Of a DNA stretch of 64,000 bases, positions 13,040 through 27,628 are shown piece by piece. The notes under the pieces were generated by a model. The model made no database searches. It had not been told where the DNA came from and was given only the letters and a program-made list of their open reading frames with translations. The DNA comes from Paramecium tetraurelia (lineage: Eukaryota), in contig CT867993.1 of NCBI GenBank assembly GCA_000165425.1, forward strand, positions 62,001-126,000. The letters run 5' to 3'. Position numbers and translations under genes: made by a program. Positions within the stretch are counted from its first letter, which is position 1. Each line of letters begins with the position of its first letter.

Positions 13040-14188
13040 TCATTTTTACTTAGTAACTTTTAAACTCTTTAAAAATAACTCCTTATAAGATATTTAATAA
13101 TTTATATCCAGAACATTGACACCTTATTATTTCCTTGTGGATGTGAATCCTTGAGGAGACATTGATTTTTTGTTCTTAGAACTGCTGATGTTGAGGGTTG
13201 CTAGATGATAATTTTGAGATACAATAATGTAGACTAATATTCTCCTTTTGTTTTCTGGATTAACTATGGGCACTCCTGAGTTCTGTCTGTCGCGTATCTC
13301 TTCCTTCAGTCAAGTATTTAATGACCTCTTGCAATTTACTCTTGTGCATAGGAGAGATGTTGCCGAATATTGACAATTATTTCACTATTTCAAATTTAAT
13401 ATTATACCGCAAAGCCTAATTGCTCTTAATTAATCTTTGAGATGCATCCCTGAATTCTTCCTCGTTCTTCTTATAGCTTTATTGTTCCCTGTCAATTTAT
13501 TATAATAAATTCGAATTGATCTATTAAGTGTAAACTAAAGATTTGTTTAATTCCTCCTAAACAGATATTAATTAAAATTACACATTATTTCTTCAAATCT
13601 TAGATAGATTTCTTCAATTTGTGCGATGATTCTTCGTGCGAGGCTGCCAAGACTTGAATCTCCTGTTGGGATGAGTTGAGAGCTTCGACCAATAGTTTAT
13701 TGTTAGTTTCGAGACTCTAGTTCTACAAGGAGAACTCGTTGATTTTCTCAGATACTCTCATCATATAAATATGAATTTATTACTTAGGTTAAATAACCAT
13801 CTTACTTATAATTATTTGATTCGCTGAGACAATGTAGAATACACTTGATTTTCTAGATCTCTAAAAATTGAAGAAAACAAATCCCCAATATTAAGAGAGG
13901 CATTGTCTCGTTGAGTCGATACTTCGCTCTCAGGTTAACTATAGATAATTGAGAGATCCCATATTGATCCACCTTCTTACTTTCCATGTCATCGAGATCA
14001 CTGCCAATCAAATAATTCTCGTAGCCCTTGTAGTCCTCCTTATCTTGATGCAACAATTCCAAGAAAACACTCAATTCCTTTGACAACTCTGGTTTATTTA
14101 ACATAAATCTGTTATTTTATTAATAAATATTTCTTTATAATTTATTTCGGTCGTTCTGCAACATCAAAGGTTCTCTTGCTCTGAGCAT
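13040..14188 (-). CDS. Hypothetical protein (coiled-coil)
   Basis: MLRAREPLMLQND... in frame with track ORF 13853-14104; several tiny introns; stop at 13040-13042. Confidence 0.65.
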
Positions 14189-14249
14189 TCAATATATCAC
14201 TTCCATTACATTAAATTGAAAATATTAAACTTTTCTAAAACAATTAAAA

Positions 14250-16857
14250 ATGTTTAATTAGTAATATAGTTTGGATTAAAGCAACTCTCAGCATTCCTCC
14301 CAGCAATCTTAAACATTTTTGGCAGTTCCTCGTCTAATCCAATAAGAGATTTAAGCATATCAAGCTGGAGTGTAGAAGCATGTCAATTTTGAAGATCCTA
14401 ATCAGTTGTAGAAGAGTGAACATAAGGAAAGTTTGGAGGAGGGCGAAATCTTTGGTTCCCGATTGTCAATGGAAAAACGAGAATTTAACAAAATCGACGA
14501 GGTCGAGGAAAATTATAAATCCTTGAAGTTATTTCAAATAGAAATGCAAAACATAAATGGCAGAAAGTTGATCTCCAAAAACAGCCGAAAATTTAGTGAT
14601 TAAAGTGATATGGGCCTACGTAAGCATAGCGAATAATTGAGAAAGGCTTCCTCCTCCTATTTCCCCAATCCCTCTCCAAAATTCAAAGTCCAAGGAAGCC
14701 CACTCCTACCCAAAGGAGACTCATTCTCTATTCCGAAATGGCCCAAAAGATGGTTTTATATTATCAAGTTTCTCAGCAAAATTATGTGCGTTTAACCGAA
14801 CATTCTTAAATAATCCCATTTAATGTTAATAGATGATAAGGCTCATATCATAGCGTAAAATTGTTTAATATTTAACCCTTACTCACCAAAAGTGCTTTGG
14901 ACTCGTTATTTCATGCTAATCATGTACATGTCAGGATTTTTGATAATTCTCTGGGAATTCGCGTTCAAAGAAACTCAAGAATTATTTTTAGCTTTTTGTA
15001 ATTAATATCAACTTATTGAAGTTGCTTTGTCAATCCTTGAAAGTTTGAGTAACTATTTCATTGGCGTCTACATAGATGAGATGTACACAGAGAACAGATG
15101 GAGTATAGCTCAGCAATACCTATATTAGGATATCGTCTATCTAATAAGTTGTTTGCTCACATTTTTTGCATCTGATTACTTTAGTAACATTTATACATAG
15201 TCTTTAATAGTTCTGTTTGTATTATTGAGAGTACAAAGACTCTACATGATCAACTCATAAGTAACATATTGTTTCATACCTATCTTACTAATGCACACAT
15301 CCTCAACACTATACTCAAGACTAGCTCAAGATTAGTAAAATATCGTGCATAATTAGATTTTCAGACAGTAATATTTCTATGTACATATCCTCATTTTAAT
15401 GGACCATATTCTAATTGACCAATAGTGGCAATCCCTATGATAGACAAATGGAAATCAATGGAGATGCCAAAATACCCCTGAGAGTACTTTCCATCGTAGT
15501 CACCGTCATAGGTTACTTAGTTACGATTTATCTAATTAAACAATTCTTATATTACAAGCCCCAATAGAAATACAAGATCAGCGCTTAGCTTAGTTAAAAT
15601 TTATAAAGATATCAAAATCGAAACAAATTGGAACCTATAGATTTAAGTGGATTGAGACCTGATTTACAATATCAAATAAGACAAGAACTATTTATGCCAT
15701 TATTGGAAAGTCTCCCATTTACAAGAGGCTTTTTGTAAGATTTGACTTAAAAATTGAAAACCCAGACTTATTCTAATGGTACAATATTGCATCAACAATA
15801 CTAAGTAATGGATAAATTGTTCTTTTTGATGAAGGGCAATTTTGCTTAATGCATTGGTAATAAAGTGCTCACCACCAATATATTTCCAATTTAATATTTC
15901 TATCGCCAACTTCAATGTCCTTTAACTCTGAGATGTCTAAGTGAATCTTTGGTGGCTCATGTGGATATCGATGACTTTTTATAGTTAATTAAGATGCATG
16001 GTCAAGACTTCCAAAAGTTCTGCATGCTTAGAGATTACTTCAAAGAAGTATGTCCTTGTTGTGGATATAGGAATCACACCTTTACGAAATGCAAACATGT
16101 ATTTTATGTTCCCAATTTCAAAGAATTGATTCTCATTCATAACACATCTGAACCAAATGATAGAGTCAATTATTATCGAGATAATGGCAGAAATAGAATT
16201 AATGCCTTATAGAACAAGAATCTTATATGCATTACTGCCATCAGTTTTGCAATTACAAATAAGATATCTTCAGAAACTGATTTGACTAATGAAGTCATGG
16301 GAAGATTGCAAGGAAGTACTAATAATTTTGAAGATTCTATTTTGAATGATTTTTAAGATGAGAAATCATCTCGTTATTCTTTGTATCAAAAACATGGGAC
16401 TGTTGAAGTTCCTAAAACTATTAATTCACCCTAGAATACTTTCAGTAGTTAAACCCATTAACAAAACAGTATGCCTCCCATAAAATTGGAAGAGAAGGAA
16501 TCCTCCTATAATAGTAGAAAGTTTGTACATAAACATGTGGATTATTCACACACTTAAAATTCGATTAAAGTGAACTTAGTTAAATCTACTAACTCTAATG
16601 AATTATAGGTTAAAAGAACTCCAAAGAACAGATAAACTAGTTCTTCAAGTTCATTAAATAAAAAGATGCAATCGACAAGTATCATGTAGTAACCTAAATC
16701 ATAAACTGGTTCTATTATACCATAATAAGAAGAGAATGAGGATAATTTGGATCAAGTGTGTAGTTATGAATATTATTATCCTTCATATAATATCGAAAAT
16801 ATTGCTAATGCTTTAAATCATAAATTAATGAACAAAAGCATGTCCTTTGTTAATTGA
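14250..16857 (+). CDS. Cyclic-nucleotide-binding-domain (EAG/CNG-like) cation channel, divergent pore
   Basis: IDDKA...IFNPYS pre-S1 motif, TM segments, pore helix YISSFQWTIFQLT, C-linker LRPDLQYQIRQELF, CNBD-like region, and a CPCCGYRNHTFTKC zinc-knuckle-like tail typical of ciliate channels. Confidence 0.75.
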
Positions 16858-16911
16858 TTATAATAGATATATATATGTTTACAAACTTAACAGCAAATAT
16901 ATAATTATATT

Positions 16912-19900
16912 ATGATTTCTAAAATAAAACAATTCTTTAATGACAATACTGCTGATTCAGCTATTAATAAACTCCTATTGGCCTTGACTGATCTTAAACT
17001 TATAGTGAATGACACTAACTTCATCTCCCAACTTTAAATCAGCAATCGTCTTAAGCCATTTTTTGCAAATGATCAAACAAAAGTACCTATATATATTTTC
17101 ATTCAGATATTATTTTTAAACTAATTGTTACAGGTTGTAGGAGATCACTTACAATAACAAGAAAAATTCTATGTCAAACTCAAAATGCTCCTTTTAGTTC
17201 ATATAATTATCAGTTCTTAAGTAGCAAGAGCTGATTTATCGAAAATGATCATCAATACAAAATTAACTATAAACATCAAAGCAAATGATGGATCAGACAA
17301 TATGATTGGACTATTGTGTCAATCATATTATTGCTATATTTACAAGTTGGCATCCTAGACCACTTTAATTAATGAAGATGTTGGTAAGCCTTAGGATGAT
17401 TTAATGATTTACTTCACTCTTTCAAATCAATGCTATATTGGAATGAATATGCAACGCTTGATTGAAACAATTAATAATGAACAAGTACCAAATGATATAA
17501 TTGCTCATTTAGTTAAGTTCTTGTATTTTGATATATAAGATATCTATATTTTCATCTTGAAAGATGTGAAGTACTTGATTGAAAAGAACCCAAGCCTCAT
17601 TATAAATAAATAGCAACTCTTAGAACTCTATAAAGAAGTAAATAGTAATAATAACAAAAATAGTGTTAATCTTTACAAACAAGAATGGTTATTTTTTATA
17701 AATTCAATCGCATTTTCCCACATTTTAGTTAAATAATGCCCCCACACTCCATCTAGATCAAAAATGCAGTTTTAAATTCTGTTTTAGAAGAAAAACAAAC
17801 TCAAGCATTTCCAAAATCTAATTAGAATGAAATACGAGAACCATTGTCTGTAAAAAATGCAGATAAAAAAATATAAGATTTTACAAGACCCTTATCCCCT
17901 AAAGAAAAATATTGATAATAAATTTAACACAATACTAATGAGTGAAATCACATAATAAAAAATATTTAAAATCCCCAAGATTGTTCTCTGAATTGTAAAT
18001 TTATGACAAGACCAAATTCATAGAAACACATATATCTTACTATCAGATTTTCATTCTTCATATTATTACATCTATGTTACTTGTTTGTTAATTATATTTC
18101 AAATATCATAGTATTTGGTTGTAGAAGCAGTAGAGAGTAATTAAATTCTAGAGAAATATCCAATCTGTATGCTACATATATATGAACATCTTAGATTGGT
18201 ACCAATAAGTCAATAATGTTTTCAATTCGATTTATCAAGCATAACTAACTTTATTAATAATTTTTGTTTGTAACAACTAATTTTTCTATACGCTTATGTA
18301 TGTCAATCAAAGTCCCTACAGGAATGTCCCTTATCAGAACATACCTACAACCACTATATATGTTGACCCTAACAAATACTAATAGCCGAACATTTAACAA
18401 CCGATAAGATATCAACAATCTCCCAGTACTGATTATGGCTATAGAGATTCTCAACTTTAACATCAATTCCAAGACTTGGCTAAAAAATATGTATGCATCT
18501 ATGTGTGATTGTTATTTAGCAAGATTTATAAAATGAAAATAATCAATTATTAAGATAGTTGTCAGATAGGCCATAGATTGGTTAGACTGAACTTTTGAAT
18601 TAAAAATTAGTATTATTACATTAATCAATCTAAGCAACACTATGCAATTGAGAATGATAAACTAAGACAGCAGTTAACATACACTTACGAGTTGCAAGAA
18701 AAGTTGACTCTTGTTACCAATCAGTTGGAGAAGGTTAACGAAGCGTTGATGCTTTCGAATTAAGAGAACCAACACTTATGCCAGTAAATTGCTGAATACA
18801 AGAATTAACAAACTTATGTGTATCAGTTGAACTCGACTATTCAGACACAAGAGATTTAATTACAATAAAAGTAGGATTAATTTAGAAATTTGCAATAAGA
18901 GATTGATTATTATCAATAAATATTTTCGTAAAAGGGATAGGAAATACAATAAACACAATTAGAGATCAATAGAGTGATTGGCTAAAATCAAGTTTTATAA
19001 TAAGAATTGGAATAGCAGAAAAGAAATTGTTTGAAATTAAAATAAGAGATTGTAGCTTTATAAGTCGAACAGAATAGTTTTATGTAATTAAGACATGAGA
19101 ATATGTAATTGCATGAAAAAAATTAAGAATTGCTGAGGAACTTTGAATAGCAAAAGGCTTTAAACTAAAATCTAATTATGGAATTGAACAAATCATAATA
19201 AATTGATTCGTATATTGATTAATTAATAGATTAATTAAATGAATAGAGATCCAAAATAGAATATGCTAGTTCTAAAATACAGGACTAAGCCAATAAAATA
19301 AATGAATTGGAATTCATAGCCAATGAGAAAGCATAATTAGATAGTGTAAATACAATCATCTAAAGCAAAACTATAACATTGTTGAAAATGATTACAACAA
19401 ATTGAATGAACTATTAAAGTAGAAATAAATTGAATTAGATGTCAATAAGAATACAAATATGTAATACAGTTAGAGACTTTAACAGAATTAAATGAATAAT
19501 GTTCTCATTAATGAACTTAAATTGGAGATAGAACAATGGAAGTCAAAACAAAGCAGAATGGAACAAGTGTTCAATGATGGTAAGAAGGAAGATCAATTTA
19601 AACTAAAGTGTCTCTAAGAACAAAATACTCAATTGACATAAATCACAGCTGAACTATAGGATAAACTGTAACATAAGGACACTGAACTACAACAATAAGG
19701 CATAATCTTATAGGATACACTAAAACGATTGAGAGAGAAGGAATAAATCATTAATTACAATTCGAGTAAGCCGAATGTGGATTAGGAGGAGGTGTAAGCT
19801 CTGAAGAATAGGATTAAGCTTTTGGAATTGAATGATGAGAAGAATTACAGTCTTTAAAAGGAGATTTAGAGATTGAATGCTCAAACTGCTTCTTTAAGAT

Positions 19901-20019
19901 AGGAATTAGCAACGTATAAGAATAGGCATCATGATTACTAATTTATGGATGAACAATTCCAAAAATCGAATAAATAGATACAGGAATTAAAAAGCCATAT
20001 AGTGACTTTATAAAAATGA
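16912..20019 (+). CDS. Large protein with helical N-terminal head and long Gln/Glu-rich coiled coil
   Basis: MISKIKQFFNDN... with tiny introns; heptad-rich from ~18650; TGA at 20017. Confidence 0.7.
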
Positions 20020-20069
20020 ACGAATTATATTTCTTATTTTATACTAACAGTTAAATATAATATTTTAAA

Positions 20070-21389
20070 ATGAATTCAGAATGGCAATAGATGTTGATTG
20101 AAGATTTGAATGCTAAATTGCTCTAACGTGCAGAATTGATAGGGCACTACGAAGAACTTGAAGAGTTGCTGGAGTTTCATAAAGCCAATAGTACATTCGA
20201 ATATGGTTTTGCGATTAAACTTGAATAGTTGGATAGGGAGATTCAAAACAATTTTTCATCGGATCAAAAGGTTAGGAGTTTGATTAAGGAAAGAGAAACC
20301 TTATATTAAGAGCTAAACAAAAGAATGGAGGAGCAGACTCTCCAGGTTTTTGAATAATATATTGCTAATTGGAGTAATTGTATTGGTTAAATTAAGTTAG
20401 TGATTTTAAGGGGTTTAGAGTAATACATGGAGAGGAGAAGTACCAACAACTATTACTGGAATAGTAGAAGCAGATAAAAGGAATGATATACACGCAGTAC
20501 AATAAAAAGATATAGGGCATCACTTAAATTTACAAACAATTCAATTAAATAGACTAAGCCATACAATACAATATATCATATGTGGACAACGATTTGTCCA
20601 ATCAAATAAATTAGTATTAAAATAAGACAAATCAATCCATGCTTTAAAAGAAGGATGACACTCTCCAATTGTCATAAATGTAATCTAATTAATATTATTG
20701 TTTCAAGAATACAACAAATAGAGTTCACCAAATAAACTGCTAATTTATAATAAGATGACTCTTTGATATAGCATATGGATGAATTCAATATCATCATGAC
20801 CAAATCATCTCATCCTATCAAACTGCAAACCATATATGAAGAATAACAATAAAATATCAATCATCCCATCAGACAGCATCATCATAGCAAAACTATATTT
20901 AGCAATAAGCATTCTACTGCTTAAGTCAGTCCCTAGATGTCAAAGTCATACTTTGTTAGAGAGACTCCTTTAAAGAAATCTCTAACCAAAGGGACCTTGC
21001 TACTCAAGAAGTTCTCTAATAAACCATCAAAAAGGGAATTTGATGTGTTTTAACATCAAAATCCTACTTAATTGGGTTATGGTCTAAGGATGGCATAGTT
21101 GACCTAAGATAGAATTGAATTTAGAAATCAATTGAAACCCTAGATAATTGATTCATCATTGCCTCTCTCTCAGATTCTTAGAGTGATCATTCCAAAATAG
21201 GTTCAAGGGTATCTAAAAAGAAGGCCCAGCAAAATATAGGAGAAGGAAAACAATGTTCCAAGTCTCTCTTATTGGCCTATGCAAATTCTCACTTTGAATC
21301 AGGGACAGATTGATCTACTGTTCCATTCCTAAGATCACATGATGGATTGGTATAATGGTTTAGTGAATGTAAAAAATATTAATTAATGA
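20070..21389 (+). CDS. Coiled-coil protein with C-terminal PH-like domain
   Basis: Two introns (23 and 28 nt) restore the frame; C-terminus LTKGTLLLK...QIDLLFHSQDHMMDWYNGL resembles a PH C-terminal helix. Confidence 0.7.
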
Positions 21390-22654
21390 AATATTTGAAA
21401 TTATTTACTCTTATTTCAATTACATTAGGCTCTTCGATTCATAAGCATATAAATCATCTTCGCTCAGGTTCAGGACCATTGGATACACAATTATTTGTTG
21501 TTGGCTTGGTATGCATATCATTCTCAATTCTCTTATTGTGGTTCAATGAAAGAAGAGCAGCAATCAATTCATATAGGCTTTAATTTGCCAGATAAAATTG
21601 CATCTCATTAACACCTTTTTAAGAATCTAATCCAACCAATTTAATACACATCACAGGTCAATTAATGACTGATGAATTGATTACAGACAAGGATTTTGGA
21701 ATTTCATAAATAAATTGTGTAAAATTGCACAGACATGTGGAAATGTACTAGTGGGTCAAAGGAGATTAAAAATAATATGAGCAGAAATGGGTGGACCATC
21801 ATGTTGAGAATCATTTTGGATATAATAATGATAAATCGAAATGGGTTTTGAAAGCGTAAACCTTTCTAAATTAATGTGTTAAATTACATTAATTTATGTT
21901 GGAGGAAGACATGATAAAGGAACTCAACACTCCTCTCTAGAATGTCAAATTTAATTAAGCAAATGTGTAGATTGCCTAATAGAAATATAAAGATAGTGGA
22001 TTTAGTAGATTGTAATTTTGTTTTTTTATAAAGTTTACTTTAAGATGACTACATCTACATGCATTAGGTTGATGATCAAATAGTGAATGGAGATCTGAGA
22101 ATAAGCTTCAAGTAAGTAATTTGTAGTGATGCCACAATAGTAGCTAGAGGGGACACTAATAGATTACTAGTTTGGTAATTTGAAGATACTTTTAATAAAA
22201 CAGTAGCTAGAGATTATGATGCACATGAAAGAACCTGTTGTAATCTCCCTGTCCCTAATGATAGCAAGCCAATCAAAGACATTTATTGGATATTCTAGGG
22301 TCTCTTTACTCCTGAAGAATGCTTTTCAAAAGTGGTAAATGAAAATGCCCTACTATTTTGGGTTTTCAGAAGTATTGGATATATTTTAATAGTAAATATC
22401 AATTACATTCATATTAGGCAATTGGAACTATCATTTTATTATCTCCAGTATCATTTCTAACTGACTTTATTCCAATTGAGAAACTAACTGGTATTAGTTT
22501 CTTTATTTTTGGTTGCATTGCTGCAGTGCCCATCACAATCTTTGCTATTTGCTTTTCTTGGGTATACTATCGCCCAAAGATTGGATTTTTAATGCTATTA
22601 ATATCTATAATTTTAGGAGGAGGCATATTTTATTATGCATACAAAAATCTATGA
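21386..22654 (+). CDS. TMEM43/LUMA (DUF1625) family protein, paralog 1
   Basis: Signal-like N-terminus, LLWFNERRA, LIHITG.L...D.DFG, VKLHRHVEMYQW, GDLRISF, ENA..FWVFR, WVYYRP. Confidence 0.88.
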
Positions 22655-22727
22655 TTACGATAATTTTGGAATAGAATGATATAAATATAATAATATTGTA
22701 ATGGTGAGACATGTAACATAACAAATA

Positions 22728-24139
22728 TCAAATTTATACTTTTTTCTTTGCTGGTTCTTCGACGGAATCCTCTTCTTTGACTTCAACATCTCCTTCTTCA
22801 TCTTCACTCTGATCATCGAATATATTCCATATCTTAGATATTGCCATTTCTCTTTTAAATTTGTTCTATGCTAGTAATATGGTTATACCTTCTCTAAGCC
22901 AATTAAAAATTTGCCAACTTGTGTAGGATTTAAAATATTTCTAAGCTCATCAACAAAGTTCTCCACTTAAGAGGTTTTATTGTATAGTTATTCTTTGATT
23001 TCCTGGAATTAACTCAAAATTCTAAGATTTTAATAGTAATAAATTACTCTAATAATTTATTCTTATCACTTATAATCCTTCTTTAAGATTTCTTCATCTA
23101 TTTTTTCTAAGCCTCAGTTATCTAGAGATCGTTGGTGAGATCCAGCAACCACTGAGGTTGTCCTTCCTATAACTATTGATCCTATTAATCAGCAAACAAG
23201 TCCTTGCTTTCACTTGCAGCCCATAACATGTATCGAACATGAACAGGAAAGCAGATCTCCAATATTTAATTAAAGAAGTAATTGGAGGCACTTACTCTTT
23301 CTTTGCCCCCTCCACCAACTCTAAATCTCATTGAATCTAGGAGTAAATTTAATTCATTGTCATCTGCCTTGTTTTGGATTGATTTCTCCAATTTCTCGTA
23401 TAATTATTACCTTCCCAAAAAGAATCCTTACAACTATGAAACATTCTAATGAACAAATACTTATTGATTCTAACTCATCTTATTCAAGTAACCTGCACTT
23501 GTCTTATTCAATAATTTCTGTTTCTCGAGTTCATCATTTAATTGTTTGACTCGATGCTCCAGCAATTCAATATAAATCTTCTTCCTCTTCCTCGAATTCC
23601 TGGCGCATTCCCTATTCCTCAGCAATTTGGCCTGAGTGCTGTCCTCTATTTCCTAATAAGAAACACTGTTATTTTTATCATGTCTATCTTCCTCCGATGT
23701 TCTAAATTTTGCCTATTGTTGTTGTAACAATTTCTGACTATCCTACTAAACCAGGTTGGTGATCTTATTGATGTAAGTGTTTTTCAAGTTATTCTTATAC
23801 TGAAATGGATCCTTCTGTTTTGTATGTTCAGATTACTATTTACATTCTTATTTAAATTCATTACATTGCTTTTTTAAGTTTTTCGCTTTTTCTGTTTCTG
23901 TTTCTTTGCATCTAGAATTGGCTCCTCCTACTTCAAATCCATTGGTTCATACTAATTATCCAATAATGAAAAATTTTATTATAATCCAATAAAATTTTAG
24001 TTGCTATTAGTTCTAGGAAACGCATGACTAACAACATAAAATCAAGCACTTACGGCGGATCCATCAAATAATTGACCATGAAGTCATTTTCAACCAAATC
24101 AAACAGGGAATTGACCTTTTCATTATTTTAATTATACAT
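22728..24139 (-). CDS. bZIP transcription factor
   Basis: KLLRNRECARNSRKRKKIYIELLEHRVKQLNDELEKQK. Confidence 0.88.
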
Positions 24140-24620
24140 GATTTTATTTATAATAATTATTAAAACACACTTATTTTTACAAGATTTACCCCTTCAATGT
24201 GTTCACATCAAACTTAATATCTACTCCTATTATCAATTGAATACCCAGTTTAAATTGATTTTAACACTCCAAATGATTGAAAAAAGTCTTAAACTCATTC
24301 TTTAAGCATTACGCCCTTAGTTTCATATTAAATTCCCAAAATTCTATTAAATACTTACTCGACCTCAATTCACCTATTTAATTTAGATAAATATAATTCC
24401 AAGATTAAATCAATAATTTTAAATTTAATTTTTATTAAAATGTCCCAAAAGTATATTTTCAGCATAAAAATAATGTTTTTTTGGCCAATAAACACAATAT
24501 TTATAATTATCTATTATCTGGTACATAATTATTAAGATACATCTCTTTTGATGGTGCTTTGGACGTAAATAAATCGATTATGACTAAACATAAAACTCAT
24601 TAATTAATTTAAAAATAAGT

Positions 24621-26047
24621 ATGAAATTGCTCCTTATATCTATATTGGTCAAGTTCATTGAATGCAGAAACTATTCTTTCAGTTCTAATGATGATGACGA
24701 TAGCGACAGTGACAGCGTAATTGGTCCAGTTTTTGCCATTTGCTTTGGATTTGGAATGATAGTAGCGGCATTTCCTTGCTTATGGTTTAATGAGAGGAGG
24801 TAAATAAACAACATCATAAAAGAATGGCCATATCTGAAACAAGGTTGTTAGCTGGAAGAAGAGCTTGTAAATCAGTCAACGCAGCTGAAGTAGACCCTCG
24901 AATGGAAGATCAATTGATTCATGTCAAAGGAAAGTTAACCACAAACGACCTTATCATTGATCCTCAATTTAGATTGGAACTTGGAAACTGTGTAAAACTG
25001 AGAAGGAAGGTCGAAACTTATTAATGGGTTCAAAAATCAAGAGAGGAAGGTAGCAAAAAGAATAAGAGAACTGTGTATTACTATGAAAGTGAATGGTCAT
25101 CCAAAATCGAAGGATCATATCCTAATCATGAGAACAGACGTGAAGATTTAACAGTCTAAGAACAGGAGTTGACAGCTGAAAATGTCTACATTGGAGCTTA
25201 TAAACTAACCGATTATCTAAAGAGCAAGGCAGTAGATTACGTATAAGTAGACTCCATTTCACAATAACAATGTGAAGCAGCTAAAGTTGCATTTTAAAGC
25301 AGAACTCAATAATATATGTATTATAAGAAAACTAACGTAGATTTTTTGATGGGAGATATATTTAGTTTAGAAAATCTGAGAATTCATAATCAATAGGTGA
25401 TCAACGAGTTTTATTTGAGAAGGTTCCTTGCAATTATGCTGCCATTGTAGCAAGATAACATAAGGAATCATTCAAGCCATATTTATTTAAAGATTCATTT
25501 TCAGATGATGTCAATTAGGATTATGCTAAAAATCCTGATATGTTGAAGAGTTTCAATAGATTCCATGAATTGAGTGAAGAGGAACAACCACTTAATTAAA
25601 TCGATCCATCATCAGAAGTGTCATCCAATATTTTCAAATCCTATGAAGCCCCCTTGAATTACATCAACTGGTACTTCAACAGAAGTTTCACTTTAGATCA
25701 ATGTTTCTAGTCTTAGCTAAGCAAGTTGGTTAGAATGGTCTGGTTGTGTAGAGTTGGAGGATTTTTTATGTTTGTAAGATCTTAGATTTACATTCTAGTT
25801 ATTTGGATTTGTGTTGTTGTTCACTCCAATAACGACCCTGTTATATTACATTCCATTGTTGGGTGGTTTCTTATCGAAATTGACTGGAATAGTGTTGGCT
25901 TTCTTGAGTGGAATGATATCTATGCCATTAACTTTAGGTACTATCGGAATTGCTTGGCTCTATTACAGACCAATCAAGGGTTTGATTTATTCTTCTATGG
26001 CCGTGATATCAGGAGTAGCATGTTACAGATATATTATGAGCTATTGA
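24621..26047 (+). CDS. TMEM43/LUMA family protein, paralog 2
   Basis: CLWFNERR, QLIHVKGKL, CVKLRRKVETYQW, IGDQRVLF, IAWLYYRP. Confidence 0.88.
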
Positions 26048-26329
26048 ATTATCAATATATTTTAATTTAGTTCCATAATTTGCCAACTCAGAAATCCAAA
26101 TATATAAAAAAACATCAATTATTCAATTTTAAATAATTCTTTTGAATTTAAATAGGCAATATCCATCAAGTTTGAATAATTTTATACACATTTTCAGTTT
26201 TAAATTAATAGAGATGTAGGTGTCATAGAAACCTATATTTAAAAAAGTGAATTTAGAATAGAGTTCATTAAATTTATATTTTATTTGATCAATAATTTAA
26301 ATATCTTAAGAGATTAAATATTTTAATTA

Positions 26330-27628
26330 ATGAGTGCTGATTCGGAGGAACAGAATAGGTAAATTAACGTGTAAATGATTACGAAGGGATGTTTCAAATG
26401 ACCCATAACCAAAACCTGACAATAAGAAAGTGCAAGATTTTACAGAGGATTGGGGGTATTAAGGGAACCCATCACCGCGATTTACACCCATGCCCTATCC
26501 ATCACTATTTCCTCCCATGTGTCCTCCTCCATTTGAGTTAGAAAAATAAGGTACCATGATGACCTTCTATGCAAGTCTATCATGACTATGATCCACAGAA
26601 ATATCCCCACATGAACAGCGATAGGAAAGGACAAAGTAGATATCCTTATCCAAAGCATTTATTAGGTGAAGTTCCACACATGGATCACATTGACGACGAT
26701 CCCCATCGTATCCCTGTTCATTACCCTTTCGGCTATTATCCCCCTATGAAATACCCGCCACAACAAATGTTTATGAAATATCCACCTCCTCCACAACAAG
26801 GTTAGGCTTACATGGTTCCACAAAATCCATGGTATCCTCCAAGACCATAGTAATAATTGATGCCCCCATTTTGCTATTACCCCTAATCTCAGTACGATGG
26901 ACTCTAATGCCAAAACACAGTTTCCAAGGAACTGCAATCCAAAGTGTTTCAGTTGGTTTAGTATCAAAAAGTGTCGGATTTCCAATGTAATTGCAAAAAA
27001 AGCAAATGCCTCAAACTCTATTGCGAATGCTTTGCCAATAATTGGGTATTCGATTTAATAATATTTATAATAAAAGGTGTGTTCTCAAAGCTGCAATTGC
27101 TAGGATTGCAAAAACAGAATTGATAATCCACAAGAGAGATCGAAAGCAATTGAGGAAGCATTGCTCAGAAATCCAGATGCTTTTGCGTAATGTTTTCAAC
27201 AAAAGAGTCAAACCCAATTCTCTGTCCAATAACAAGGTAATCTCAGGGTTGTATTTTAAGATAAACCACTCAAAGAACCCACCAAGGACAACTCCAATAT
27301 CACAAGAAAGGGATGCAATTGCAAGAAGTCTGGGTGCAAAAAGAAGTATTGCGAATGCTACAGTCAAAACTTGAAATGCAGTGATTTGTGCAAATGTGAA
27401 TAGTGTCTTAATAGAACTGATGCCGAGATCTAAGCTTAACAAGACATCGCACAAGTCTTGAATTCTCAGGACTAGGTCAATGTGGACATAAAAGTCAATC
27501 AAAAATCCAAAAAGATTAAGAAAATTGGAAATGGAAATGAAGACAAAAGCGATTCGCAAAAACCTGTGGTCTAATTGAAAATAAATGTGAATAATAATAG
27601 TAATCGAAAAAAGCTGGATAAAAAGTGA
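26330..27628 (+). CDS. Tesmin/TSO1-like CXC (CRC domain) protein
   Basis: [18 protein letters not shown]...CNC.DC.N and [21 protein letters not shown]....C...CKC..C.N. Confidence 0.92.
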
